A DNA stretch of 35,727 nt from a virus: IMG/VR virus record IMGVR_UViG_3300046475_000289, one strand, 5' to 3'. The position numbers and the translations under genes were made by a program. The notes under the pieces are model-generated. The model had not been told where the DNA came from, did no database searches, and was given only the letters and a program-made list of their open reading frames with translations. Position 1 is the stretch's first letter; each line of letters begins with the position of its first letter. Below, piece by piece: positions 7,487 through 15,757 of the stretch.

Positions 7487-8128
7487 TCAGCGGCCGATGA
7501 ACAGCTGGGGCAGGGCAGACAGTTCGCGCCAGGCCGCCCTGTACGCCTCGACGGGCAGCAGCTCGGCGACCTCGGCCGAGCTGCGGAGGGGGCGCTGATA
7601 GGCGTCCGCGAAGTCGGCCGGAAGGCGCTCGGCCTGCTCGTCGTAGCCGGTCCGATCGAAGACGGACAGGGCCAAGGGCCCCACCGTGCCAGCGAACCGG
7701 ACGCCTTGGACGTAGACGGTCGCTCCGATCTCTCGGGTGGTGACCGAGCGGTGGACCTTGAGATCTCCGTGCTCCGCGCGGGGCGTATCCCGCCGGGCGC
7801 CTTCGTGGATGCGGGCCGTCACGTACTCGGCCACCAGCGGATGCCGGAGGTACGCGTGCTCCGGGGCCAGGACGAACCCGCGGCGCAGCTGGTCGCCGAG
7901 CTGCCACACGACGTGCAGGTGCTCCTTGGCGTCGTCGCATCGGTCGGGGTGGTAGTTGACGATTCCCCACGGGGTGCCCTGGACGTGTCCGGTGTTGTCG
8001 ATGGCCGGCTGCTCGATGAGCTGGCGGAAGATGCCCTGGGTCATCTGCTTGGAGCCGACGTTCAGGGTGCGGATCTGGACGGTGGCTGTCTCGATGGACG
8101 TGCTGTCCGGCGTGGGCTGGGTTGCCAT
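7487..8128 (-). CDS. Hypothetical protein (213 aa), first gene after the AT-rich island
   Basis: ATG at 8128 preceded by CCAAGGAGAGAC; the track N-terminal 33 aa are Pro/Arg-rich leader sequence. Confidence 0.65.
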   Translation of the reverse strand: MATQPTPDSTSIETATVQIRTLNVGSKQMTQGIFRQLIEQPAIDNTGHVQGTPWGIVNYHPDRCDDAKEHLHVVWQLGDQLRRGFVLAPEHAYLRHPLVAEYVTARIHEGARRDTPRAEHGDLKVHRSVTTREIGATVYVQGVRFAGTVGPLALSVFDRTGYDEQAERLPADFADAYQRPLRSSAEVAELLPVEAYRAAWRELSALPQLFIGR

Positions 8129-8252
8129 GTCTCTCCTTGGGGTGCGGCGGCACGGGTGCGGGTTGTTTCCCTTTTTTCCATGCCGTGCAGGGGTGGGGAT
8201 CGGGTGGCGAGGTGGCCTGTTGCTCACGGTCCGCGCATGACCTCTCCCCTCA

Positions 8253-8315
8253 TTGATTACAGAGAGTAATAATTACTCTTTAAATTGGCTTACGGGGAGA
8301 CCTGTAAGTAATCAA
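8253..8315. promoter_or_regulatory. AT-rich island with nested palindromes (candidate ori or middle promoter/operator)
   Basis: Perfect 8+1+8 palindrome AGAGTAAT-A-ATTACTCT (8263-8279), flanked by TTGATTACAG (8253-8262) and CTGTAAGTAATCAA (8302-8315, imperfect inverted copy). Local GC is far below the rest of the window. Confidence 0.55.
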
Positions 8316-8361
8316 GGGCAGTCCTCGGCCTCCCCTCGGGCATGGAATTAATGGAAAGAAC

Positions 8362-9927
8362 TCACCCGGCCTTCGCCTTGAACGTCTCCGGGTGCGCGAC
8401 AAAACGAGACTTCGGCGGCCGGCCGCGAGCCCCGTCCTCGCGCGGCGGAGGGTCGATCCTCCGGACCCACCCGGCGTGCTCCAGCACGCCGATAGCGGCG
8501 TCCACGTCCTCCATGGCCGTGCACCACTTCTGGCCCCGCACGGCCTTCTCCACGTCCTTCGCAGCGAACCGACCCCGCTGCTCGGCACGGCGCACCCAGT
8601 CCAGGACGGCGCGCGCGGGACCGAGCTTGGACTGCCGCTCCTCCGACATGAGGTCAGCGACCAGACGCGCGTGCTGGATCAGGTACGGCACGAGGGAGAT
8701 CGCGTCGTCCATCACCTCGCCGCTCACGGTCAGCGTGGTCGGCTCCTCGTACAGCGCGAGCACCGCGGCGATCCGCAGAACCTGACCGGGCAGCTTCTTC
8801 GCCCAGCCCTCCACCGCGGCGAGGTCGCCGTGCGCCTTGTGTCGCGGCTCCAGCGCTTCCCAGAACGAGCGGAAGAGATCCTGCGCCTTCTGGTCCAGGC
8901 TCATCACCCGGTACTCGGGGTCGTCGTGGATCGTCTGCATCATCCGGACGACGGCCGCGTTGTACGCGGCGGTCACCTCGGCCGGGATCGGATCGCTGTC
9001 GTAGGTCCGCTCTCCGACTCGGCTGGTCGGCATGGCGAAGATGAACCGGGCCATGAGGCCGCGGGCCTCGAAGACGTCGCCGGTCTCTCCCATGCCGGTG
9101 AGGAACCCGGGCTGCACGGCGAGACCGAGGCTGAGGTTCGGGCGCTTGAGCAGGACGGGCGGGCCGCTCTTGCGGTTGACGGAGTGCGTCTCGTGGCTCC
9201 ACGCCTTGAGGACGATCTCGGGGTTGGCCGACTTGCTGTACCGGCCGCCGACGTTGCCGAGGAACGATCCCTCGGTGGACAGCACGGCGAGCCGCTCGCC
9301 CTGCTCGGCGATCAGGTCGATGGCAGCCTCGGGCGTGGTGTCGTCGGCGACCAGCTGGGTGTGCACGAGGGGGTCGCCGAGTTCCTCCAGCTCGGAGTAG
9401 GCAGCTTCCAGGTTCTGCTTCGCCTTGCTGCGGGCGGCGGAGTCCTTCGCCTTGATGACGCGGTTCTCGGCCTCGGTGACCGCGGCCTCGGTCATCTTCC
9501 GGTCCCGCCGGTCCCGGACGACCGCGACCTTGTCGGCTTCCCTGCGGCGTTCCTCCTCCGCGTAGATCGGCTTGCCCATCAGGCTCAGGGCTGGCGACTT
9601 CATCTCTCCGGGGGCGGCGACCGGCATCGTGTACAGGGTGACCGGCTCGGTCCAGTCCGGCTTCGGGCTCACGGCCCGGCGTCCGCCGATCGCAGTGGAG
9701 ACGGCGGCCATCCCGAGCCAGGCCGGCAGATCGACGGGCACCTGAAGGCTGGTGGACACGGCCTGCGCCATGACCCCGATGCCGCGCAGTCGACCGGAGT
9801 CGAGCGGCAGCGGCGGCGGGGGCGCCAGGGGGACCGCTTCGTCCCACCCCTGGCTGTCCTCGGCGTGGACACCGGACGACCAGTCGGGTTCCTTGACGTC
9901 CTCGGCCCAGTTCGGCTCTTCGCTCAT
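8362..9927 (-). CDS. DUF3987-like protein (primase-associated, helicase-like replication protein)
   Basis: 521 aa; motifs LAVLSTEGSFLGNVGGRYS and ARFIFAMP recalled from DUF3987; immediately downstream of and overlapping the Toprim primase gene; C-terminal wHTH-like tail. Confidence 0.6.
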   Translation of the reverse strand: MSEEPNWAEDVKEPDWSSGVHAEDSQGWDEAVPLAPPPPLPLDSGRLRGIGVMAQAVSTSLQVPVDLPAWLGMAAVSTAIGGRRAVSPKPDWTEPVTLYTMPVAAPGEMKSPALSLMGKPIYAEEERRREADKVAVVRDRRDRKMTEAAVTEAENRVIKAKDSAARSKAKQNLEAAYSELEELGDPLVHTQLVADDTTPEAAIDLIAEQGERLAVLSTEGSFLGNVGGRYSKSANPEIVLKAWSHETHSVNRKSGPPVLLKRPNLSLGLAVQPGFLTGMGETGDVFEARGLMARFIFAMPTSRVGERTYDSDPIPAEVTAAYNAAVVRMMQTIHDDPEYRVMSLDQKAQDLFRSFWEALEPRHKAHGDLAAVEGWAKKLPGQVLRIAAVLALYEEPTTLTVSGEVMDDAISLVPYLIQHARLVADLMSEERQSKLGPARAVLDWVRRAEQRGRFAAKDVEKAVRGQKWCTAMEDVDAAIGVLEHAGWVRRIDPPPREDGARGRPPKSRFVAHPETFKAKAG

Positions 9928-10784
9928 GCCTGCCCCCGGTCGGCAGGGTGAGGGACGGGCGCCCAGACCTGGTTGAACTCCGAGTCCTTGTGACCGGCGG
10001 CGAAGTGGTCGTGGGCGTCCTTGCCGGTGAGGGCCTGGACCACGTACACCGTGCGGGCCAGCCCGCGGAGCGACGCGACGACCAGCTCTGCGTGCTCGCG
10101 GCCCTTGGGGTCGCGGTCGGCGACGATCGTCACGTCCGCGCCTTCGAGGTACGCGGCGTGCTCAGCCACCCACTTCCCGGACCCGGCCGCGTTGCAGGTG
10201 GCCACGAGCCCGTGGTCGACGAGCGCGTGTACGTCCTTCTCGCCCTCGGCGATCCAGATGACCCGGTCCGCTTCCTTCGCGGCCAGCAACTCGGGCAGCC
10301 GGTAGGGGACGAGGGGTACGAGCCGGTTGCCCTCCTTGTCGTTGAGGGACCAACGGCGTCCGGAGCGGGTGCCGTTGTCCGGCCGCCACTGGGCGAAGCA
10401 CTTGTTGTCGCAGCGGGTCACGCCGTGGACGACCGCCTTGTTCTCGTTGCGGTAGACGTACTGGGCGACCCGCTTGTGGCCGCGGTCCTGGCAAGGGATC
10501 CACGTGTCGTCTTCGGGCCTGTCGCGCGGGCGTTCGGCCAGCGGCTCGTCGAACAGGTCGGCCTCGGTCCAGCCGATCGCGGCGAGGAAGTCGGTGTTGC
10601 CGTCGCACTTGTGGCAGTGGATGACGACGCCGCCGTTGTTGCCGCGCCGAACGGCAACGGTGTCCGGGGAGTCCCCGTCGTGGCAGACACCTTGGACGCG
10701 CAGTGCGCCGCCGCTGAACCGGTGCTGAAGACCGAGGTCGCGGACGCGGTCGGCGAGCTTGTTGTAGGCGATCCCGTCGGTCAC
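9924..10784 (-). CDS. Toprim-domain DNA primase with N-terminal zinc finger
   Basis: GTG at 10784 overlaps the upstream stop (GTGA); CHDGDSPD..HCHKCDG zinc motif; Toprim IWIAEGEKD and IVADRDPKG. Confidence 0.8.
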   Translation of the reverse strand: MTDGIAYNKLADRVRDLGLQHRFSGGALRVQGVCHDGDSPDTVAVRRGNNGGVVIHCHKCDGNTDFLAAIGWTEADLFDEPLAERPRDRPEDDTWIPCQDRGHKRVAQYVYRNENKAVVHGVTRCDNKCFAQWRPDNGTRSGRRWSLNDKEGNRLVPLVPYRLPELLAAKEADRVIWIAEGEKDVHALVDHGLVATCNAAGSGKWVAEHAAYLEGADVTIVADRDPKGREHAELVVASLRGLARTVYVVQALTGKDAHDHFAAGHKDSEFNQVWAPVPHPADRGQA

Positions 10785-11089
10785 GTGGTCACCTCCGGGA
10801 AGTAGTACGTGCCGGTCGGGAGGCCGATGCAGCGCGAGCGTCGGGGGCAGACGCGCGGTGCCGAGGCGAGGCCGGCGGAGTGGACGTGCTGGGTGCCGCA
10901 GAACGGGCAATCGACGACGAGGAGCGCGCGCGGCTCGTCGGGTGTTTCACCTGAAACGGTGTCGCGGTAGGCGACGAGGCGGGCCGCGGCGGCGGCCATG
11001 CCGAGAGCGGACGGAGGCGACTGGATCGGCGCCTCGTCCTGCTCGGTGTCCTCCCCGAAGATCGGGAGGACGGTGGTGGTGCTGTTCAC
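10781..11089 (-). CDS. Hypothetical Cys-containing protein (about 102 aa; start uncertain)
   Basis: C-terminal part of ORF 10781..11254; candidate GTG at 11089; CPFCGTQHVH...CPRRSRC. Confidence 0.5.
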   Translation of the reverse strand: MNSTTTVLPIFGEDTEQDEAPIQSPPSALGMAAAAARLVAYRDTVSGETPDEPRALLVVDCPFCGTQHVHSAGLASAPRVCPRRSRCIGLPTGTYYFPEVTT

Positions 11090-11139
11090 GAACGTGCTCT
11101 CTTCTACGAGCGGGGCCAGTGAGGTTCGTGAGTGCGCAA

Positions 11140-11173
11140 GCGGCCCCGGGCCTGGGGGTTGGCCCGGGGCCGC
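11140..11173 (-). terminator. 13-bp perfect GC hairpin after the 75-aa gene
   Basis: gcggccccgggcc (11140-11152) pairs with ggcccggggccgc (11161-11173); 8-nt loop. Confidence 0.5.
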
Positions 11174-11187
11174 CAGCGTTACCCCGG

Positions 11188-11415
11188 TCAGCCGGAGTTG
11201 TTCCGCTTGGTCTTGGCGACCTGGTCGCCCACGGCGATGACGTCGTTGATCCACCGGCGGACGGCGGTGAGCACCGTGACCGGGCTGGGCTGTTCTTCGA
11301 GGTGGATCCGGATGTTGTCGAGGATCAGCTCATGCCGGGCGTGCTCGGCCGCGCGCTGCATGTACAGGTCTTCGGGGACCAGGTCGATGGGCTCGTCCGG
11401 CGGGGTACGGGTCAC
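11188..11415 (-). CDS. Hypothetical protein (75 aa)
   Basis: ORF track; 4-nt overlap with the upstream gene. Confidence 0.6.
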   Translation of the reverse strand: MTRTPPDEPIDLVPEDLYMQRAAEHARHELILDNIRIHLEEQPSPVTVLTAVRRWINDVIAVGDQVAKTKRNNSG

Positions 11416-12077
11416 CGGTGGCCCCCGTCCAGGTCGAGGGCACCGAGGGGACCGCGCCGGATCTGCTCGCGGGCGACCTCGGCCGAGGGCAGCGGACCCT
11501 CGGCGAGGATGGCGTCCGTCATGGACTCGCCCGTCTCGTGCACGGTGCCGTCCTCGGCGATCCGCACGGTCTGGAACTGGTCGCCGAGCCCGGTCTCGAC
11601 CATGACCCGGCGGAAGGCGGGCTGAGCGTTGGCCATCAACTCCCCGCCCCAGGGGCCGTCGAGGGCGAGCAGGAGTGCCATCTGCCAGTTGCAGACGTCG
11701 AGGGTGTGGGTGGTGCCGTCGGCCCCGTAGACGGTGACCGTGTCCACCCGGGGCGGTACGGCCGGCTCTACTGCGGCTTCGGCGATCTCGTCGTCACGGA
11801 CCCGCTCCCACTGCTGCCGGGTCGCACCGGTGGCCAACAGGACGGAGCCGACGAAGTACCAGTCACTGTCCCCGTCCCGCGGGTCGGCGAGAACGGGGAT
11901 CAGCTTTTCCGGGAGGCCCATGAAGGTGACGGCCTGCTGGCTGTCCGTGAGGTGGCGGCCGTGGCGTTCCGCGAGGTCGCAGACCGACAGGACGGTCTGG
12001 CCGTCGTGGGCGGCCAGTGCTCCGGACTCGATGTGTCCGTGGATCGTGGCGCGGAAGGTGTCCGGGGCGAAGTTCAT
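11412..12077 (-). CDS. Hypothetical protein (221 aa)
   Basis: ATG at 12077 overlaps the upstream stop (ATGA), preceded by CAGGAGGCGGC; the track N-terminus is off-frame-like. Confidence 0.65.
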   Translation of the reverse strand: MNFAPDTFRATIHGHIESGALAAHDGQTVLSVCDLAERHGRHLTDSQQAVTFMGLPEKLIPVLADPRDGDSDWYFVGSVLLATGATRQQWERVRDDEIAEAAVEPAVPPRVDTVTVYGADGTTHTLDVCNWQMALLLALDGPWGGELMANAQPAFRRVMVETGLGDQFQTVRIAEDGTVHETGESMTDAILAEGPLPSAEVAREQIRRGPLGALDLDGGHR

Positions 12078-12295
12078 GCCGCCTCCTGGCTGTTCGGGGT
12101 GGTGATGGTGGAGAAGGCGGTCCTGATCACGGCCCGCTGGTGGTCGCTGAACGGCGGCGCCGACGAGACGATCGCGTCGATGCGAGCCCAGTACGCGGCG
12201 TTCCGGACGGGGTCCTCGAAGCGGACGGGACGGTCGCCGCGGGCCGGACGGCCGGAGACAACTCCGGCCGTCGCGGTCTTCCCGGGGGCAGTCAC
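12074..12295 (-). CDS. Hypothetical protein (73 aa), GTG start
   Basis: ORF track; GTGA overlap with the upstream gene. Confidence 0.5.
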   Translation of the reverse strand: MTAPGKTATAGVVSGRPARGDRPVRFEDPVRNAAYWARIDAIVSSAPPFSDHQRAVIRTAFSTITTPNSQEAA

Positions 12296-12897
12296 TCGCC
12301 CGCCTTCTCGCCGAGGTGGGCGCGGAGCTGGTCCAGGACCTCGTGCGCGTCCATGCTGTGGGGGACCAGGACGAGTCCGGACTCGGGCCAGACAATAATC
12401 TGTCCGTCGAACTGGTCGTCGGCGCTCGCGTTCGCTCGCGCCAACCGCAGGTTGTTCTCCGCCGCGATCTGGTTGGCCATCGCCTGGAAGATGACTTCGA
12501 GGACGGTATCGACGTCGTTGGCCTCGATGAGCATCTCGCCGAAGGTGTTCAGGACCCGCTCGTACTGGGCGTCCCAGAGGCCGGCGTCCTTCGCGGCCTG
12601 CTTGTCGAGTTCGAGCTGCGCGAGCGCACGGGTCACCTCGGGGGAGCGCGCGGGCTGGGCGGGCTGGCTGAGTTCGGCCGTCATGCCAGCGGCGATCGCG
12701 GCGGCGGTCTCGGGCGTGTAGTGCTCGGGGAGGGCCTTCCGCATGGCCTGGTCGACGGCCTCGGGCAGGGCCTCGACGACCTTGTCCCGGCTTGCGGTGA
12801 GGATGCGCTCCATCATCTCGTCGGCGGGGGACTCCTTGCCCGCCGGTGCGTAGGGCGGGGTGGGCGACGACGCTGTCGCCATGGCAAGGTTGCGCAT
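12292..12897 (-). CDS. Hypothetical acidic protein (201 aa)
   Basis: ATG at 12897 preceded by CGAAAGGATCCTC (RBS GAAAGGA). Confidence 0.6.
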   Translation of the reverse strand: MRNLAMATASSPTPPYAPAGKESPADEMMERILTASRDKVVEALPEAVDQAMRKALPEHYTPETAAAIAAGMTAELSQPAQPARSPEVTRALAQLELDKQAAKDAGLWDAQYERVLNTFGEMLIEANDVDTVLEVIFQAMANQIAAENNLRLARANASADDQFDGQIIVWPESGLVLVPHSMDAHEVLDQLRAHLGEKAGE

Positions 12898-12963
12898 GAG
12901 GATCCTTTCGCAGCGGCGCATGGGGGCGGCCTGGCAGTTGGCCCCGGCGTCGCTGTTTTTCAG

Positions 12964-13221
12964 TTAGCGCTGGTGAGAGGTGACTCGTGTGGCGTTGGCG
13001 TCGAGGTGGCCTGGCAGCTGTTCCTCGGCGTCAACGCTCTTGGTGCTGGCCTGCGAGAGCAGGGCCTCGTCGAACTCGCGGATCGCGGTCTCCGGGTACA
13101 GGAAACGCCTCCCGACCTTCGCCCCCTTGGGGCCGTAGCCGATGTGCCGCCAGTACCGGATCGTGCTTGAAGCGGTGCGGTAGCGCTCCGCTACCTCCGC
13201 CGTCGTGAAGTAGTGCTGCAT
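12964..13221 (-). CDS. Excisionase/MerR-type HTH (HTH_17-like) DNA-binding protein; Cro-like early regulator or RDF/Xis candidate
   Basis: MQHYFTTAEVAERYRTASSTIRYWRHIGYGPKGAKVGRRFLYPETAIREF matches the excisionase-family HTH pattern; divergent from the XRE gene. Track start 13230 is a TTG; ATG at 13221 preferred. Confidence 0.7.
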   Translation of the reverse strand: MQHYFTTAEVAERYRTASSTIRYWRHIGYGPKGAKVGRRFLYPETAIREFDEALLSQASTKSVDAEEQLPGHLDANATRVTSHQR

Positions 13222-13322
13222 GCCGTTCAACCTCGTCAGGGATGGGCGAGGGAGCTTGGATCAGCCTCCTGATGCTGCTGAAGCATGCCAGCGCTTTCGC
13301 CACCCCGTCAACCTTGCTGGGG

Positions 13323-13351
13323 GTGACGCCGTCGCGTGTCGTCGCTACCAT
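13323..13351 (+). promoter_or_regulatory. Candidate sigma-70-type promoter for a leaderless repressor transcript
   Basis: GTGACG (13323-13328), 17-nt spacer, TACCAT (13346-13351), 8 nt to ATG 13360; no RBS precedes the ATG. Confidence 0.3.
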
Positions 13352-13359
13352 CGATCCTC

Positions 13360-14163
13360 ATGAAGGATGAGCGCAGTTCAACGCCAGCCAACGAACCCGA
13401 TCTGGATGCGGACGCCCTACGTGTGGCGTTGGGTCGCCGCATGAGGATGGCGAGGGTGAACCTAGGTCTCTCTCAACAGGCCGTAGCTGACGCGATGATG
13501 GGGCGCGGCTTCAGTTGGCGGCAGACCACGGTGGCCAAGACAGAGGCGGCCGATAGGCCGGCCCTTTTCACGGAAGTCGTGGCACTCTCATCGATTCTGA
13601 AGCGGGAGCTGAGCTATTTCCTAAGCGGGCGGACTGCGCTAGACGAGGTGAAGGAGGAGTTGCAACAACAGACGAACGATCTGAAGCATCAGATGGACCA
13701 CGCAAAGAGTCAGCTCGCCTACATCGAATCGAATCTAGCGAAAGCTGTCGTGGTTGAGGGGGTCATGCTGGCCATCGTTGAATTCTCTTACACGCTGGAC
13801 ACGTCACGGCTAAAGCAATCTTTCGAGGCTTTCTCGCAAAGCCGTGCGTTCGATGTTCCTTCGCTGAAGCGCGTGCTTGATGCCGCAGGAGTACCAGCCC
13901 ACCAGGTAGAAGAGGTGGATCAGATGGGGCTGACTCATGCGGCCCGAGAGGTAAAGGAGAAGGGGGTGACGGGCCCGAGCGAGTGGTTGCCGGGGTTCGG
14001 AGATAAGGAGATTCCTCTTTCGGCGGCGCACTACCTGGAAACAGGAAAGTCTCCTACCTACTTTCTCGACTACCTGCGTCGCCGTGAGACATACGTGAAC
14101 ACTGTGTGTCCGCTGCTAGTCGACGACGTCATCGACTGGGTCGAATCGAGGAATCATCCTTGA
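13360..14163 (+). CDS. XRE-family HTH protein with uncharacterised C-terminal domain; candidate prophage (CI-like) repressor
   Basis: LGRRMRMARVNLGLSQQAVADAMMGRGFSWRQTTVAKTEAADRPALFTEVVALSSIL is a classic HTH_XRE. Plus strand, between int and the early operon. Clearly lower GC and many A/T-ending and CTA codons. Alternative GTG start at 13336. Confidence 0.8.
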   Translation: MKDERSSTPANEPDLDADALRVALGRRMRMARVNLGLSQQAVADAMMGRGFSWRQTTVAKTEAADRPALFTEVVALSSILKRELSYFLSGRTALDEVKEELQQQTNDLKHQMDHAKSQLAYIESNLAKAVVVEGVMLAIVEFSYTLDTSRLKQSFEAFSQSRAFDVPSLKRVLDAAGVPAHQVEEVDQMGLTHAAREVKEKGVTGPSEWLPGFGDKEIPLSAAHYLETGKSPTYFLDYLRRRETYVNTVCPLLVDDVIDWVESRNHP

Positions 14164-15665
14164 GTGCTGCGCCTTTTCCATGCGAAATGCACAGCGTCGT
14201 AGTCGAAGTACCCGCCGTCGGGCATGCGCCCCGACCGCGGCTTGACCAGCGTGACGACGAGCGCCGCCCGCAGCACGTTGCGCTTCTGCTCCAGCAGCAA
14301 CGCCTTCCACGCCTTCCGCACATCCGGCGCGCCGACCAGGCCGACGAGCGGGTCCACCATCGCCGCACGCGCCAACTGGTGCGTCACCCCGTCGAGCTGC
14401 GCGCGGGCCGTCTCCATGCCCTCGGTGAACGGGCCCAGCTCCAACTGGCCCGCACCGAACAGACCGGCCAGGTCGGTCATCCGCCGGCGGATCCGCTCGC
14501 TCTCCGCCTGCAACCCGGCAACGTCCACGTCGTCCGGACCGGGCAGCAACAGGTCCTCCGCGTCGTCGCGTGACAGCCGCTCGACGATCGTGTCCTCGAC
14601 GTACTGGTCGACGACCTCGGCCCGCCGCCCGCCGCCGTGCCCGGTCGGACACTTGTAGCTCGGGTACTGCCGGCCACCGGACTGGGTCACCGTCATGCCC
14701 TGACCGCAGTCCCGGCCGCACAGGTACAGCAGCGAGCCCACCCACTTCGGCTGGGCCCCGCGGTTCGAGGTACGTGACGGGTCGGACAGGATCGCCACAA
14801 CGGCCCTGAACTTCTCCTCCGGGACGATCGGCGCCCACTGTCCGGGCCCGACCTCCTCGCCCCTGTAGACCGCGATCCCGGCGTTCCTCGGGCGCTTCAG
14901 CATGTCCCGCAGATCCTGGTGGGTGATCGCGTTCCCGCGGGTGGTGGTGAGCCCCTTGTCCGTGCACCACTTCACGCAGCTGCGGATGGACCCGCCGGAC
15001 AGGATGGTGTCCGTCCACTGCCGCAGCGCCTCGGCCTCCTCGGGCACGACCTTGTTCGTGTCGAGGACGGGCACCTCGAGTTCCTCGCCGGTCGCCCGGT
15101 CGACCCGCTTCTGCGTCTCCCCGGTGGGTACGCCCCAGCCGAACGGGCGGGTGCCGCCCGCCCATTCGCCGGCCATGGCCTTCTGCTGCCGGGCGCGGGC
15201 GACGCGGTGGCCCTTGTGCTCGGACTCCTGGCGGGCGACGGCGCCGAGGATCCGCGCGGTCATCCGCCCGGACGGCGTGGCGAGGTCGACGGTCCCGGCC
15301 TGCACGGTGTGCGTGGCGATGCCGCGGCGCTCGGACAGGGCGATGTACTTCTCCAGCTCCGTCGGGCTGCGGTGGAGCCGGTCGGTGTGCCAGGTGATGA
15401 CGATGGTGGCGGTGCCCTGCTCCAGGTCGTCGAGCATGCGCAGGTAGTCCTTGCGCTTCTTGCCGCTGTAGGCGGACACGTCGTTGTCGACGTACACCTC
15501 GACGACGTTCCAGCCGTTGCGTTCTGCGAGGGCTTCGCAGTCCTGGCGCTGTCGCTCGACGCCGAGGCCGGCGCCGGTGCGGTCCTGGCTGATGCGGCAG
15601 TAGATGACGGCGCGGGTCTTGGTGCCTGCGGCAACGTCGACGGCGGCGCGGAGAGTTGGGCTCAT
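14154..15665 (-). CDS. int: Large serine recombinase (phage integrase)
   Basis: ATG at 15665; resolvase domain AVIYCRISQDRTGAGLGVERQ (catalytic Ser), ITWHTDRLHRS, recombinase domain, zinc-ribbon CGRDCGQGMTV..YKCPTGHGG, coiled-coil C-terminus; 503 aa. Confidence 0.92.
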   Translation of the reverse strand: MSPTLRAAVDVAAGTKTRAVIYCRISQDRTGAGLGVERQRQDCEALAERNGWNVVEVYVDNDVSAYSGKKRKDYLRMLDDLEQGTATIVITWHTDRLHRSPTELEKYIALSERRGIATHTVQAGTVDLATPSGRMTARILGAVARQESEHKGHRVARARQQKAMAGEWAGGTRPFGWGVPTGETQKRVDRATGEELEVPVLDTNKVVPEEAEALRQWTDTILSGGSIRSCVKWCTDKGLTTTRGNAITHQDLRDMLKRPRNAGIAVYRGEEVGPGQWAPIVPEEKFRAVVAILSDPSRTSNRGAQPKWVGSLLYLCGRDCGQGMTVTQSGGRQYPSYKCPTGHGGGRRAEVVDQYVEDTIVERLSRDDAEDLLLPGPDDVDVAGLQAESERIRRRMTDLAGLFGAGQLELGPFTEGMETARAQLDGVTHQLARAAMVDPLVGLVGAPDVRKAWKALLLEQKRNVLRAALVVTLVKPRSGRMPDGGYFDYDAVHFAWKRRSTQG

Positions 15666-15684
15666 GCTCTGAGTCTGCACCCGT

Positions 15685-15738
15685 AGTGGTGTCACTGTCT
15701 CAGGTTCGGGAACCCCAATATGGCTTCGTGCCACCACT
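15685..15738. other. Candidate attP: 54-bp imperfect inverted repeat centred on AA/TT, 20 bp upstream of int
   Basis: Outer arms AGTGGTGtCAC (15685-15695) and GTGcCACCACT (15728-15738); inner TTCGGG-AA-CCCCAA. 17 of 27 positions are symmetric by hand alignment. Architecture resembles known serine-integrase attP sites. Confidence 0.4.
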
Positions 15739-15757
15739 GGAAAGATCTTGCTCGAAA

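Noticed and set aside
13810-14031. 73-aa minus-strand ORF inside the XRE gene
   Set aside because: It is antisense to a gene with a clear HTH_XRE domain, and it has no RBS and no motifs.
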